Shown: positions 12,952 through 28,806 of the stretch, in pieces
Numbering within the stretch: the stretch's first letter is position 1
Layout: the number at the start of each line of letters is the position of its first letter
Source: Marsupella aquatica
Lineage: Eukaryota; Plantae; Marchantiophyta
Length of the DNA stretch: 64,000 bases
Assembly (NCBI GenBank): GCA_973895155.1
Contig: OZ316891.1
Location: 25,977,899 to 26,041,898 of the forward strand
Direction: 5' to 3'
Translations under genes and position numbers: made by a program
The notes under the pieces: generated by a model
Database searches by the model: none
What the model was told of the DNA's origin: nothing
The model's input: only the letters and a program-made list of their open reading frames with translations

Positions 12952-15900
12952 GGCGAAACTTGTGGAAGCTCCAGATCTCAATCACATGGGAATTGAAGCC
13001 TAAGTAATTTGTCATCTCAATGTCTATAGCTTCACTGTTCGGTGTAAATCTCTTCCAAATTTGTTACGAAAATATTTCCACTAAGAAATAAAGGGCTGGA
13101 CCCACAGCCCGTATACTGATTCACCGAGTATGTTTGCACATTTTGAGGAAAATCTTGAGATTAACCTCATTGACCTGCATACATCTGAAAGAAGACCATT
13201 GATTTTGCGGACACGATTGCTTGACTGCGGATCGAGTCTCGATCTACCATGTTAATTTTTGTCTTTGTTGGGTTTCTAGGCTCTCCCAAATGCTTGTGTG
13301 GAATGCGAGTCCTAGTCCAGTAGATCGAGCAGGACGTCCCACTAGAGCTAGATAGCTACCTGGCGCACAGGAGCCTGGGCGACTGTTGGCAGCAAATTGC
13401 TGCAAAACGTTTTCTTTGGCATCGAAAACTCAGAACACTAAACTAGTTCATTGAAAGCCTGAAGACTCTCAGCCACGCAACGAAAATCTCCACAACGAGT
13501 ACAAGAGATAATAAACAAGGCCAGGTAATACAATTTGCTACGGACATAGAGAATAGAGTACCTATAGAAATAGATTTACGCCACCAGTGCCCAGGGCAGG
13601 CCATGCAGACAAGGAACCATCTAGAACAACGTATATTGATTGAAGTCACCAACCTAGGCGGGATCTTTTCAGGAGAGGGCTCAATTTTCTTTAGTCCTTG
13701 TTTTAGTTCCCTCTATGCATTTTTAAGATTGCCCAACTTGGAATCATTCCGGCCGGTTACTTGCATCAGTTAAAACAAAATAAATCTGTCCTAAATGAAA
13801 CCTTCACACATGTTCTCGTGCTCATCTTTTGCATATATTACAATTCAATTAGATTTCTTCGGGTGTGCGAAGTGACTTCAGCTCTGATTGACTTCACAGG
13901 TTGGAATTGCCTTGTAGTGGAAGCAATATGCGGAGCCATCTCCATGTCAAAAATTTCACCAATTCAGAAGCAAAGTCACTTTTCAATTGGTAGCTACACT
14001 AGGACACGCTAGTTTTTTCAGTTTTCCCCGGCCTAAGAATGCGCCCAGGGTGGAATCACTGAATTCGGTCGAACATCTGCTGTTTCCGTTTGCAATCCAC
14101 AGTTACAATTTATTCGTATGTTCCATGCATTGAATTGCAAGTAGTATTCCTGAAGCCATGTTGAGATTGTGGGTCTTTGAGCTGTGTAGGAATGTCTTCA
14201 GAACAATATACGCTGCTGTTGGACTAATTTTGTACCGATACTGGCATAAATTTCTGGCTCAGATATCCATTCACCAGCGACACATTTGTGTATGGTCAGC
14301 TATTTCTGGGTGAATTGCCATCGGAGAGCAAGAATCAGAATGGATACTCGGTCTCTTAATTTCTGTGTGCTCGCAGCCTCTGAGGACGGGGAAGAGAACC
14401 GAAGCTACTCCTTGAAAGCAATTCCCACTCAAACGAAATCTAGAGATCTAGACTGCAAGCAATCGCATAGATTCATTTCGTTCTGCCACCTACATTCTAT
14501 CCTTCGTTGAATTGATAGATGATATCCTTGCAACTAGACAGAATTTAAGCCTATAAATTTTGTCTACTCCAGCAAATATAGGTTTTCTTTTTCTGTAGGG
14601 AGCTCTTAATGTCCTGGCTTGTCAAACGCATTAGTGCCCACTTTTCAGTCGAATGATCAAGTTGCATTTGAGTGACAAGAAAGTCAACTTTTTGTGAAAC
14701 TAGTGCTGCCAGCCTGCCATGTGGCTATCATGGGTAGGTGGGTGTGGCAAGAAAATCTAACTAGGCCCCACATTTAAGAACATTTGGACATATACTATTA
14801 GCTGGGGCGCTGGCACTTGAGTAACGAACCAACTAATGATCCAGAAATGATTTAATTAACACTAAATGTTGGATCTAGTGACTAGGGTGTAAGAGCATAT
14901 TCACTGGTGGTGTATTTTCCCCTAAACTGTTCCCCTTAATTAGTGTGACGAAGATTAATTCCAGAGAGCCAATTCTCATTCCAGAGAGCTAATTTTCAGG
15001 GTCTACTTGCAAACTAGTGTTACTTGCAAACTAGTGTTACTTGCACTAATTTTGTGGTAACACTATTTTCAGTAATTACAACACTAGTAAAAATGATAAT
15101 CTTGAAAAATTCACAAGAACTAGTGTTGTATTGCCAAACTCAAGATCATCCATTTTTACTAGAAATTTAAACAAAAGTGGAGAAATTTTATTTTGAAAAT
15201 TGACAAAAATTAGTGTTACTTGGACTCAAATTAAATTACTTTTACCAAAATTATATTTATTAACACTAATTTTTTAGTAATGATAATTCTTGCACAACAC
15301 TAATCACAGTGAATAGTGTAGCTAATACAACAATCTTGGGTCAAGAGTAGGCATCAATTGTCCCACCATCTAGTCCCACCATCTACCCAGAACGGTGCGG
15401 GTTTCACTTTCACAAAAATAACGCATCACGTGCTATGAAGGATATAATTATTTGATTGGTTCTAAGGGAAGACTTAAAAAAAAATCTCAAAAAAACAATA
15501 AGGTCTTTTAAATCTAATTTTGAGACATTTAAAACTCGGGGGCCTCACTCGCTCTAAAGGGGGTCTCATAACATGCTCGACGTTTTTGGCTATTAAACAC
15601 CCTAAAAAATAAGGAAAAAAATTAGAACTATTTTTCTACCCTTATATTTTGGAATATTCTAAAAATATTCCCAAAAATCATTTCTAAAACCCTATATTCT
15701 CTTGCAATTCTCAAAATTGCATTTAAAAAACCCTAATATTTTCTATCAAAATTTAAAAGTATTCTTCTCAACCCAATAAACAAACCCTGTACCTACTTTC
15801 GTGTGATGGGTAGAAAGCAAATAAGTGAGGACCCCGAGGTTTAAAACATTAGTGTCTTTTTAATCAAAAGTTTAGAATATTCCAAGAATATTCCACCTTT

Positions 15901-17213
15901 ATAGGGCTTGAAATTTTAACACTTTTCTTACATTCTAGGGGGTCGAAGGCCTAGAAATGTGGCAAGGGAGGCCTCCATATAGTGAGACCCTTGAGCCAGA
16001 ATGCAACTTGAAGTACTAGCCACATTTGCCAAAAAAACAAATGGCGTCCACCTTAGATTCTTGCTGCCAGTGCATAACAAAAGCCAATTTGTGTTTTGTA
16101 GGGCACAATTCAGTCGTGACACAAGAAGAGAAATTAGAGTGACATAAAGACATAAGCTACAGTAGGCAGGGGTGTTGGGAAAGGGTTGAGCTGCCAAACA
16201 GACTGCTACCAAATAACATTGGTTGTTAAGATGTGGAAAACACTTTCTATATAATTGATCCTTTGGGATTATTTTGCAGATGTTAAAAAGTTTATTTTTG
16301 GAAATTCACAAGTTCTTCATCATAACTCTGTTTGAGGGCTTTGAGCCATGCGTTGGGAAATTAAGATAAGATCTATGAAAGAAAAGCATTATTTAGCATC
16401 AATTTCTTATGTTCTACAAGGGGTGAACGATGGAGAGATTTAGTTCCTCAATGGACCTCTAAACCATTTTTTTCCTCTTGATGGACTAAAAGGTGAAGAT
16501 TCTCTTGTCACTAGGGGACCCAATGTTTCAAATTTTATAGTAGGGGACCTTTGATACAAGCATGTTTTTGTGAAAAGGTTTACCACACAGCTCAGACTGA
16601 CTATGTAACTTGATAACAGTGTGCTTGGTAATGTCAAAAGGATATTGAGTAGCACATGGATCGATGATGCAAGCGCCATAGCCCCTGGTGGCATTGCCAA
16701 AGTTGGTAACGTCACGGCCTCCCAGCTTGGTTGAATACATTGTGGCTATTGTATCCAACCTGCAAATGAAGGAGTTTATGGTTGCATCCGAGCATTGAAG
16801 TGCAGTCGTGCATGCCCCAACCGCCTAGCATGTTAGAATACATTGTGGCTATTGTATTCAACCTATAAATGAAGGAGCTTACCGTTGCATTAGAGCAAGC
16901 AAACGCCCCCAACCTCCTTGCTTTTATGCACACAATTGTTATCTATGCCCCATCTTGTTTGTTTTCTTTATGCACTCTGAGTTCTCTCCTTATTAGAGTT
17001 GCTTGACCCTCCCATGCAGTTCACACCGGAGCTATACCAGGCTCTTTAGTTTGCTGATCAGTAGGCTTTGGAGTCCTGGTTTTGGGGTCTGCGGTAGTTC
17101 TTTTGTTTCTTTGCTTCCTTGCCTTTCACTCTTACACAATAAGCCTGAGTGACTTCTCATGGCCACTATTATATACTAAACTTATTCATAGGTTAAAGGG
17201 TTACTCTCTTTGA

Positions 17214-17440
17214 GGGCTCATGGAGCACTCCCCTCAAAGCCCAGGGATTAGGGTTTTAGGGCTCATGAAACCATTCCCTCATAGCCCAGGGATCAGGATT
17301 TTAGGGCTCATGAAACCATTCCCTCATAGCCCAGGGATCAGGGTTTTAGGGCTCATGAAACCATTCCCTCATAGCCCAGGGATCAGGGTTTTAGGGCTCA
17401 TGAAACCATTCCCTCAGAGCCCAAGGATTAGGGTTTTAGG
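17214..17440 (+). repeat. 45-bp tandem array, 5 copies, upstream of DIM1
   Basis: Unit GGGCTCATGAAACCATTCCCTCATAGCCCAGGGATCAGGGTTTTA starts at 17214, 17259, 17304, 17349 and 17394. Confidence 0.95.
17214..17440. promoter_or_regulatory. Telo-box (AAACCCTA) and site II (TGGGCY) motifs multiplied in the DIM1 promoter
   Basis: Every unit contains AGCCCA (reverse complement TGGGCT). Units 1 and 5 contain TTAGGGTTT (reverse complement AAACCCTAA); the middle units have variants. This motif pair is typical of plant ribosome-biogenesis promoters. Confidence 0.5.
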
Positions 17441-17483
17441 TGTCTAGAGCAGCTGACGTATCTAAAGCCCTAACTTGCCGTGA

Positions 17484-19756
<2,273 letters not shown>

Positions 19757-21657
19757 TTCTTTCCACCGTTCAGCAATTGTGAAACTTCTTGTCTTTCGCC
19801 TCCCAGTTGACACTCTGAGGTGCCCTCGTCCTCAATCGAACTTACAACAAACAGTTATTCCCTCGCATAAACATTCGTCAAAGTTTCTACGCCGATTAAT
19901 GTTAACGACAAAGAACTCTGTTGGCGTTATGTTTCACAGATATCGCCCAAATATACTTGATCCAAACCCTGGCATTGCTTACTTAGGAAACCTGTGTGGT
20001 GGCTACCGAGAAACCATAGGTCAGTGAAGTAAAGATCAAGTACCTTCATCATAGAATAACTAAGATCATTGGCGAAAATTTAGGTTCTTTGAATTTCAAG
20101 TCTAATCGTAATGTCTCCAATCACCTAGTAAAGGATCTCGGTACACAAGTCATCACAACATACTTTGTTCACTCTTTCGGTGCAGTACATTTCCGGCGAG
20201 GCTTGCAGTAGTATTGTCATGGATGTAGAAAAAAGCTTTAGGTGCAGCAATGTTCAAGACGTTTGAGAGCTCCGCCCAGAAAGTCACAACGCGAAGAAAT
20301 CCAAACTGGTACTTCCTGTCGAGGGTCAACGAGTAGGGTCGAATAGTTGTAAGCAATCAGGGTAGTAGCTCCGGCTCCAAATTGATGTGACGCAGATAAA
20401 GCTAAGTCCAAGGAAGCCTTCTGTAGCTTAAGTCTGGCGAGATATTTAGAGCACGCGGTGCAGCCGACAATCTAGAAGGTACTTAACAACCACAGGTTAT
20501 GCTTCTTAAAATATAGTCCCATTTGGAATATCAATATCGGTAATGACCTCGTGAGCTTATGAATTAACTCAAAAGCTGTCGTGGGCGTCAAGAAGGTGTG
20601 TCACAGAGAAGTGCATTGATTTGTCCCATGATTGTCAGGCATAGACTCCATCGACAAATAAAAAATTAGTTCACCACAGGCAAAGCTCCTTCCTAAAAAC
20701 CACGGAGCATCCAGTCATGCAATTTTTTTAACAAACTTTCAAAGAGCTTCCACTCCCAACGAGCATTCTCGTCAAATCCATGCAACCAGCAATTTATCAA
20801 CCTTAGAAAGAAGCTCATTAAGTTGTCCCATGATCGCCCGCAATGGACTCACCAGATGGATAGTAGTGCAAATTGAAAAGATTCAGTAACGTTGGCACTG
20901 AACACGGCACGTTACTGAGCAATAGGTGCTGTTAGGAGAAACGTTACAGTCTGGTGCTGTAAGGAGAAACAGCACCAGACTTGGCACCAAACTGAATTTC
21001 ATGGATTAGAGGTTCATCATGATGACACCCACAAAACGTCAGATCTGTCCTCTGCAAAGTTCTTTGAAAGTTGAGGCGTGCCCAAAGTGTAGTACCTTCA
21101 GGAAGTACCAGGTACTGAATTCACACTCAACCCTCACTGGCTTTGAGATGCTTTTCTGTCTCCCAAACCATACAATTTATTAAGTAAGAGGAAGTTGCAT
21201 CGAAGGAACTGCACAGCCGAATTGTCCTCTAGGTGTTGCACATTGACATAACAGGCCACGAAGTGCTAAGGTAAGCCAAGGGCAACTCCATGCTATTAAG
21301 GTAATTCCAACTGCCAATGGTGATGAAAACGTTAGTGCACGGCAGCTGGCCCAAGACCGAGTTCTCTAAGACTGAGTTGGTCTGGTTCAAGCGCGTTTTG
21401 GGGAATCTCAAGGTTCTAAGGGTGGGGGCCCAGGAGAGCTCTAGTCTGCTGAAATGTAAAGACCTGACCACGTATCCCTCGCAAAAATCCATCGTGCTTT
21501 CTAACGGATAGTCGTCGATGAGGTTGCCTCGACTTTATTTCAAGTGTTGAAGGCTCAATCCCCGCTCAATCATTGAAATGGTGCAAAATACATGTGTGGA
21601 AGATTTGCAATACAGGGACAGAACTTTGCTTGATTTGGATTTAAGCCAACAGTGGTA

Positions 21658-24600
21658 TTAAAATTGTACAATGTTGATACTAGCCACCTTCCAGGCATTG
21701 ATACTGTGGACTTTAATGTCTGTAGTGCCATTGTTGAAGACGAAAGCCTTAGCTGCGTCATATATGGCAACTGTAGGGTAAACACGGGCTGTAATTGTAG
21801 ATCTTCCACCTTGAGCAAACGTTTCCACAATGGAGTGATCCACCTGCATCGAGATACCCAATCGTCACGTTTTCTAGTTCCATTACATATGTTATTTGGG
21901 TACAGAACCAAAACGAGTCTCTGGGCTACAGTTTAGTCACGTTTCTAGTGCCCCTACAAATTGTATTGGAAGACAAAATCACAATCTCAAGCAAAAATTT
22001 CACCACCTAGACCAACCCACAAGAAATTATGAAACTAACAACTTAATTATCTTTGAAGTCCTTGGCAGCAGTTGGAAGATGAGAACTCACCAGAGTTCTA
22101 AGAGTGAGGTACTTGTCACTTTCCAATACGGGGACATAATCTCCATAAGTAGTTTCATCCACCCCTATTTGGAGAGAAGACCTGAAAGCATTCACCAATA
22201 CATTGCTCAACTTTCATAAGTTGCCCATTTTCAAAATCTGACCCAGCTTCTATCACAAGCTGGAATAGTCAGACTGGTCGTTTCACCCATATTTTTCAAA
22301 CTTAGACATCAACAACTATGCAAAGATATTAAAGCCCACAAAAATGAAGAAGATTTCACAGAACAAGATGTTCAGAAGAGTTCCTGGTGAGAAGAATGGA
22401 CCCTCATTCAAACGATTCGACTTAAAAGAAACGAACTCAGAAAGGTCCACATCCTAACCAAAAGAGAGGGAGAGTGAATCATGAAAATGACACGATGATT
22501 CGAGACTAGAGGGGCTCTCTGTCATAGATAGATGGCTGGAGAAAAGACGCTGGACGTTGTGATCGTGGCAACACCATAGAGTACGAGCAGCAGCCGTTAT
22601 TGTAGTACTTTAACAATTGAAAAGGTCAAAGAGAACGAGGGAGGAAGTTGAGATGTTGCCGGAGAAGAGGCGACTGATTCAAGGAAGGCAGTACACTAGT
22701 ACAGTACCTGTTTTGGTCGCTGCACAAAATGGCGGCCCATTTGCTGCCAGTGGAGGGAGAAGACTGGGAGAGGTAGAAGTAGACAGCAGTCTGCTCCTCC
22801 AAATTCTTATCGGCCAGCACCAGCAAGCCGAACGGCCCATGAAATCCTCGAGTCGCTGCTCCCGCGCCGGCGCTGCACATCTCCTGCGCGCTAATGGAGG
22901 CTGAATCGTTTCCGTTGAACGTTAAATCCGCCTCGGCAACCTCCGGCTTGTAGAACTTCACCTGAATGTCCAGCTGAAAGTTGTTGCATAGCAAATACAC
23001 AACACGCTGAAAATTAGGACGGTTCTCAACTTCCGGTGCCAATGGATTAAGGTCACAATTATTGAGGAGGTTGACCTCATCAGTTGAATTATTTGAGATA
23101 TTGTCTCACTAAGCTCGATCAACTGGACCAAAAGATTTACTTTGAAGACTATAAACTTTGACAATAGTTTATTGATTCAGGAAGATTGAATGAAGGACAC
23201 AGCGAGAAGCCCACCTAAAAACAGAAGCCTAAAGGTAACGCAGGCAAGAAACAAAGACGAGGTAGAAAACGGGAGCCAAGAAAGCACCCGTAGACGAAGG
23301 AGCGTACAGCTCCAGGAGAGCAACGTAAAGCCAGTATGCACAAACGCTCCCGGAGATCCCGGACAGTGGAGCTAACAATGATAGTACTAACAATGAAGAA
23401 TGCAAAGGACTTGGTAGCGTAAAGTACATGGAACTTATTGATTTCGTACAAAGACCTGTAGTGGAAAACTGATTCTGGTCATTTAAGTTCATCGGTGGTC
23501 GGCAACTGGAATGAGTACGAGAAATTTGAAGTCAATGAAGACAAGAATCCGCGACACTTGGTCGGATTATAGTGTTGGTAAGAAGCGATCTACACGGAGA
23601 CCAAGGATTTACTAACCTGAGGTCCAGAGACGCCGGAAATTGGTACTACGGACCCGGCAGGGAGATCCAAGTTCTTTATGGTGACCTTGTTCCTGTGCAG
23701 CCCATGCAGCTCCTCGACTGGAACTTGGATGAGATTCTTCTCGGTCCCACTGTCCAGATAAACGTGTCTTGGAATCGACTGTGTGCATGACATTGGTAAT
23801 ATATCGTCAGAGAGCACTAATAGCTACGACAAACTAGATAATCACATAGCTTTGTAAATTGAAGCTACATTAATTGTTACCTGCCTCGGAACCAGATAAT
23901 TCAGCACAAGAGGGAGTCATCCAGATCGAAGATGACAGCTTTTTAGCTACTTAGTTTTCTTGTCTAGGTGTATAAGTTGATAGTTTGAGACAACCACATC
24001 GATTGCTGGACCTTCAAACTAGATCGAATCAACTTACATCCAGTTCAATGTCAGCGAGACAACTTTATCGCACAACACTAAGCTCAGAATTCATCTGGGG
24101 AGTCCGACAACCTGCACAGGATTATAGTTGTAGTGAACGAACCAATCCAAATCCGGAACGTACCTGGAGCCCAGACCACCCAGTGAGAATCGCATTCTGA
24201 TCAGAAGTACTCTCGTTGATCCAACCCCAGAGAATGCGCCGATTCGTCTCTTGATCGAAGAAGGTCTTGGAAGCGTAGAACTTCCCATAATCATATCTCA
24301 GTCCGATTCCCACATCCAAACTCAAGTCATCCGCCGTGAACGTATCGTTGTTCTCGTCGTACGTTCCCAGCGTGTAGTAATCGTGCTTCCGTGTGTCCGA
24401 GCTGATCTTCACGACATGCTTCACGAGACCATTCTTACCCCCGGACATCACCGAGACGTCGAGCCCTTTCTTCCCAGCGAGAGCCACCGGGTAGAAATCC
24501 GGGCACTCCCACATGCCAGTCCCCGCCACGGTGTGCAGCTCGTGGACGTAATTCCACTTCACGAAGTCCGCGCTTTTGTACACATACGCCGTCCCTGCCG

Positions 24601-26990
24601 CGAATGTGGATCCAGGAGTCCTGCCACCGATCAGAATACGCCACTCGCCGTCTTTGCCTCGCCATCCCTCCGTCGGGTCCCGAAAAAAGGAGGCATTCAT
24701 GAAAGGTTCGGCCACGATGACGGGGTTGGCCTCAGACTTGTACCAATACCTGAGGAGAGGGTCGGACACGTTTACAGGCAGAACGAGGTTCTGAGTCTGA
24801 ATCTGAAAGACGCTCGAGACGTTCGACCAGCCCGTGTATAGCATGGCAGGAGTGCCATCTGGGAGCCTGGTTGCAGATCCCGACCAGGCCCCTAAGAGAT
24901 CGTACCAGTCTGGACCACCGCGAATGGCCGCGTCATCCAGGTACTTCCAATTGATCAAGTCCTTGGAGACGGCGTGGCCCCAAGTAATGTTGCCCCAGAG
25001 CGACGAGAACGGGTCGTATTGGTAGAATAAATGGTAGTAGCCCTTGTAATACATCGGCCCTGAAAACGTTGATCCACAAGAAATTCAGTCACGGCCTCAC
25101 AGTCTCAATAGATAGAGCTTCTCATGCACCACAATTCCGTCCGGGTCACATCTTGACCTCTTGAGTACGGTACATGATACCACACGACTCAACTTCATAA
25201 TCGAGTGTTATAATCTGACTGTGAAGGGATTCGAAATGCAAAGGCTCTCCTCTACCCTTTCAAGTTGGGAAGTGCAGAATCATTAATTCATTTGATCTCG
25301 GCAACGTACGAAAACCAAAGAGACGGAGTTGTCGTGTCGAGAATGTGCGTGTGCCCACGAAATCGGAGTAGCCTATGAACTTCGATTGACAAAATTTTCC
25401 ATTCAGTTGAACGACTGGATTGTAATAGTTACTCGGACTAAATAAGAATTCAACGAGACCACGTACTAAAGTTCGATTGTACATATTCGCTTCTGATGGC
25501 GATCGAATGTTTAGCAATTACAACGACGACGTTCTCAGCCGTCATGGAACCTCTAGAATGATTCTATAAAGTTATTCTAGAACTCAAACTATTTGTCGAC
25601 AACAATGCATGCTTCCAGGACCCTCCAGTACCGAGCAAATTGGTACATATGTGGCCGTTATTTTGCACCTGATCTACTTTTACAAATCTCGACAACATCC
25701 ACTCAGGTTCAATGGGATACCCTGGACTACTGCATGTGCTACATCAGGGAAATAGGTTACATTAATAGGTTCTCTAGTCGATCCTCTATGCCCGAGCAGA
25801 ATGTGAGGAACATGAAATTATAACATTTATTTCACTTTTCAAGCTTACAACGTTAGAAATTACGAATGAGGACGGAGGGAGGAAAAGGTTTCAGTAAATT
25901 ACCATTCGGGTCTGCAAATCGGAAGTCAAGAAGGGGCGAGCCGTTGACATGCCACAGCAAGTTGATCGATTACAATCCATCACAGGTGCAAGCACAAAAC
26001 GATTACGAAGGTCAATGAGAAATGCAAGCTTAGATAACACTCTATTAAAGACACGAATCCCCAAAATGGTCGTCTCTTTTATCACCCGCTCACCTAAACG
26101 TTTCTTCCTTACATAAATCACAGCTGGTTAACTTTGCCTATGTATCGCTAGTGTCGATTGAAAAAGTTGAATTTTGTCTGCATTTGTGTACCAAGACGAA
26201 CCTACTTGAATCTGCTCACTCTCAAAGGCTCTAGATGGAACGTACTAGGTTTGTCAAAAGTCCTACTGTCAGCAGTGCACTGATCTACTAATCTAACCCT
26301 AGAAATTCTGCTACAAGATCGAGTGGGATGCTGCCACTTTAAAAGCGCGGAGGAAGCTGCCACTTTCAAATATGTTTTGGAACATAGCTGCCCAGCAAAG
26401 AATACATGATTCCGCTTCTAACTCTAATATTCAGTCCACAATTGTAAAACCCTGACTTGAACCAAGGTCTAAATTTGACACACGAAGGTTTCATTGAAGT
26501 GCGGAAGATGCCTCAGTCCCCGTCCTCATCACTGAAGTGACTGTACAGCACCCAAAAACGTCTGAAAAGCTTGGCAAAATCTCAGATTTTAGGGAATGTC
26601 TATTTGGTCGATCATTCAAATAAGCTGTCGCCTATTGTACCAGAGCTGCTGCCGTACATAAGCACTGATTGAGTTTGGTGAGCTAACACCCCAGCTGACT
26701 CGCTCAGTCTGGGATTTAATGTAGTAGCTTTCTATCTATTGGGCGAACAGAGGCGAAGCCAAGTACATACCATTCATCCAGTTTTTCCTGGGTTGAAAGT
26801 GAAATCCGGTGCGCCACGCCTTCGAAATAGTCGCTGTTACATTCACCATTTCCTCAAACCGATCACCAGTATAGGAATTCACCTGGCTGTGGAGGGACTG
26901 CACCGGCGCGGGCAATCCTCCCATGATGGCCAGCACCAAGAGTGCAACGGCCAGAACGAAACTCGAACTCCATGATCTGACCCGCCACAT
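21658..26990 (-). CDS. CWINV: Cell-wall-type acid invertase / beta-fructofuranosidase (GH32), ~609 aa
   Basis: Exons 26990-26771, 25911-25903 (9 nt), 25059-24164, 23778-23617, 22973-22708, 22181-22091, 21843-21658, all in phase. Signal peptide, WMNDPNGP, WSGSAT, FRDP, WECPDF (cell-wall type), KISSDTRKHDYY, YASKTF, VDHSIVE. Confidence 0.95.
25903..25911 (-). other. 9-nt invertase mini-exon (ACCCGAATG) supplying D-P-N of the NDPNG motif
   Basis: Minus strand reads ...GATTTGCAG|ACCCGAATG|GTAATT. It joins exon 1 (…ATG AAT G) to exon 3 (GG CCG ATG…) to give WMNDPNGPM. Confidence 0.93.
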
Positions 26991-28726
26991 TTTTTGCTGC
27001 TGCTATATGCGACTGCACACCAACTCGATCGGCCACCCTCGATCACCAATACACCAAGCTTACGAGTGATTCCTTTCGAGTGGCAACCACTGCACATCTG
27101 CTTGCACGAAATCTACCAACTTATAGAGGCCCGGGCGACCTGCTGTTCGGCGATCGAGCAATGCACTTACTTGCGGTCGGAGAACTTACTCGGTTCTCGT
27201 GTTCATCACGTCATCTATTCCCAGGAGTTTGAAATTCATTGCAACATCACCTTGGAGCGACTTTCGGATCGAGATCGCGTGACAGTCATCCATCTATGAA
27301 GGGAATGAACTCACGTCTCCACCTAACTACTGACTGCTTCGATGACTGCTTCGATAAGCAGCAGCAGCAGCAAGAGCAGCAGGTATGGAGCGCAACGTCT
27401 CCTCAGGGACAGATGAGATTGAGAAATGTTCCAGGCCCCGACTTGGGCTCGAACGATCTCCCGACGATCTACAAATAAGCAGGTCTCAATAAAGGCGTGG
27501 CAAAGTCCCCGCACTGGGTCCCAGTCAAATCCCGTCAATGAAGGTTTCAATCGGTGTGTAGGTGCGTGTCAATTGGTCATCGGTGCCAACGATGGCCCCA
27601 TTCGGCGACGAACTTTCGTCTCAAAAAAGGGCCATGCAATACCAAACACGCACACTAAGACGCGGCACATCACTGCAATGCATTTATATAGCTATGGATC
27701 AAATCCATATCTGCCCTATGTGAGCCACCCGAGAGACCAGGACAGGGTGAGAATGATTGATGATGCACTGATGATGAGGTCTACTGTAGATCTGCCCATC
27801 CGAGAAGGAGCAATCGAACTTTGCCTAGTAGAACACCAAGGATCCTTTGATTCACTCCAAATCCTCCTGGTCTTCGAAAAGTCTATTTACAGTGGTGAAG
27901 CTGGGAACCAATCTTGCTCTCTACCACGTCCGATGATAGTGTCCCAGTCCCACCCCCGGCATCACTTTTGGCACGAATCGAATGACTTTTACGTGTGTCG
28001 GGTTACGAACGCAGAACTTTGTTAATCCGCTCCAGAACTGATGATCGACTGACTGGCATGGCCCATGCTTTTACGCTGGTGAGTCTACTGCCCTCCTAAC
28101 TCGTGATCACCGACACAGTCAGACATTCAGATTCAGCCCCTCTCCGACTCCCACTGCCGACTTTATTTAATAATTCATGTCAAACAGAAATCTTTTATTC
28201 CTGGTCCTTCTGGTGCAATTAACGGTAGCCCAGCTTTTGGGCTCCTTCTTGGGGGCGGCTATCTTTCTCGTACATGAGGAGCTTGGGAGACAGGGAGAGT
28301 CCCATCTTCAAAGCCAGGCAATCAGGCATGATGGACATGCAGATCTCTCCAAATCCTACTTTACAAAAAGCTCGTGTTCACAGCAGTACTCTCATCTCCC
28401 ACTCTCCCAGGGACTGAGGCTGACAATAATAAATCCGTTACTCCAAGCTCCACTGCGTTTTCTACTGCTCCTCTATCTGTCATCAATTGCTGCACTGCAA
28501 GTGACGTATGGCAATCGACACCTATTTTGACCGCAATAGACTGACTCGGTCGACAGAACAACTTCTGCTCGTAATGACACTTCAAAACGTGGTAATATAA
28601 GGTGGGTACTCATTGATTAATTTAAAGAAACTAACAAGTTGATGTTTATAATAGTATGGAGCGAATCGTACACAGTATATCTAATATTTCCTGAACAACG
28701 CCAGAGCTGGAATTGACAACAGCGCA

Positions 28727-28806
28727 GTGGTCATCGGGCACACTCAGTCCACTACGATTGAATGTAGTGGTCATCGGGCACACGCAGTCCACTACGACTG
28801 AATGTA
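28727..28806 (+). repeat. 40-bp tandem duplication
   Basis: gtggtcatcgggcacacKcagtccactacgaYtgaatgta at 28727 and 28767. Confidence 0.9.

Larger units (their letters stand above)
5908..12962 (+). repeat. Tandem segmental duplication of the P450 locus (~5908-9030 vs ~9890-12962)
   Basis: Similarity extends beyond the exons into upstream DNA (cttttcagtggagtatgtaatt at ~5911 and ~9892; aatcttatccatgcagct) and into all three introns. Confidence 0.9.

Noticed and set aside
17220-17447. ORF of repeated 15-aa units (MKPFPHSPGIRVLGL)
   Set aside because: A by-product of the 45-bp array, whose unit is a multiple of 3; no other coding evidence.
24251-24841. 196-aa plus-strand ORF, and similar antisense ORFs over the P450s and the retroelement
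   Set aside because: Antisense shadows of GC-rich coding exons.
27426-28530. 199-aa and 117-aa ORFs upstream of the invertase
   Set aside because: No recognisable domain or splice structure; probably chance ORFs in promoter DNA.
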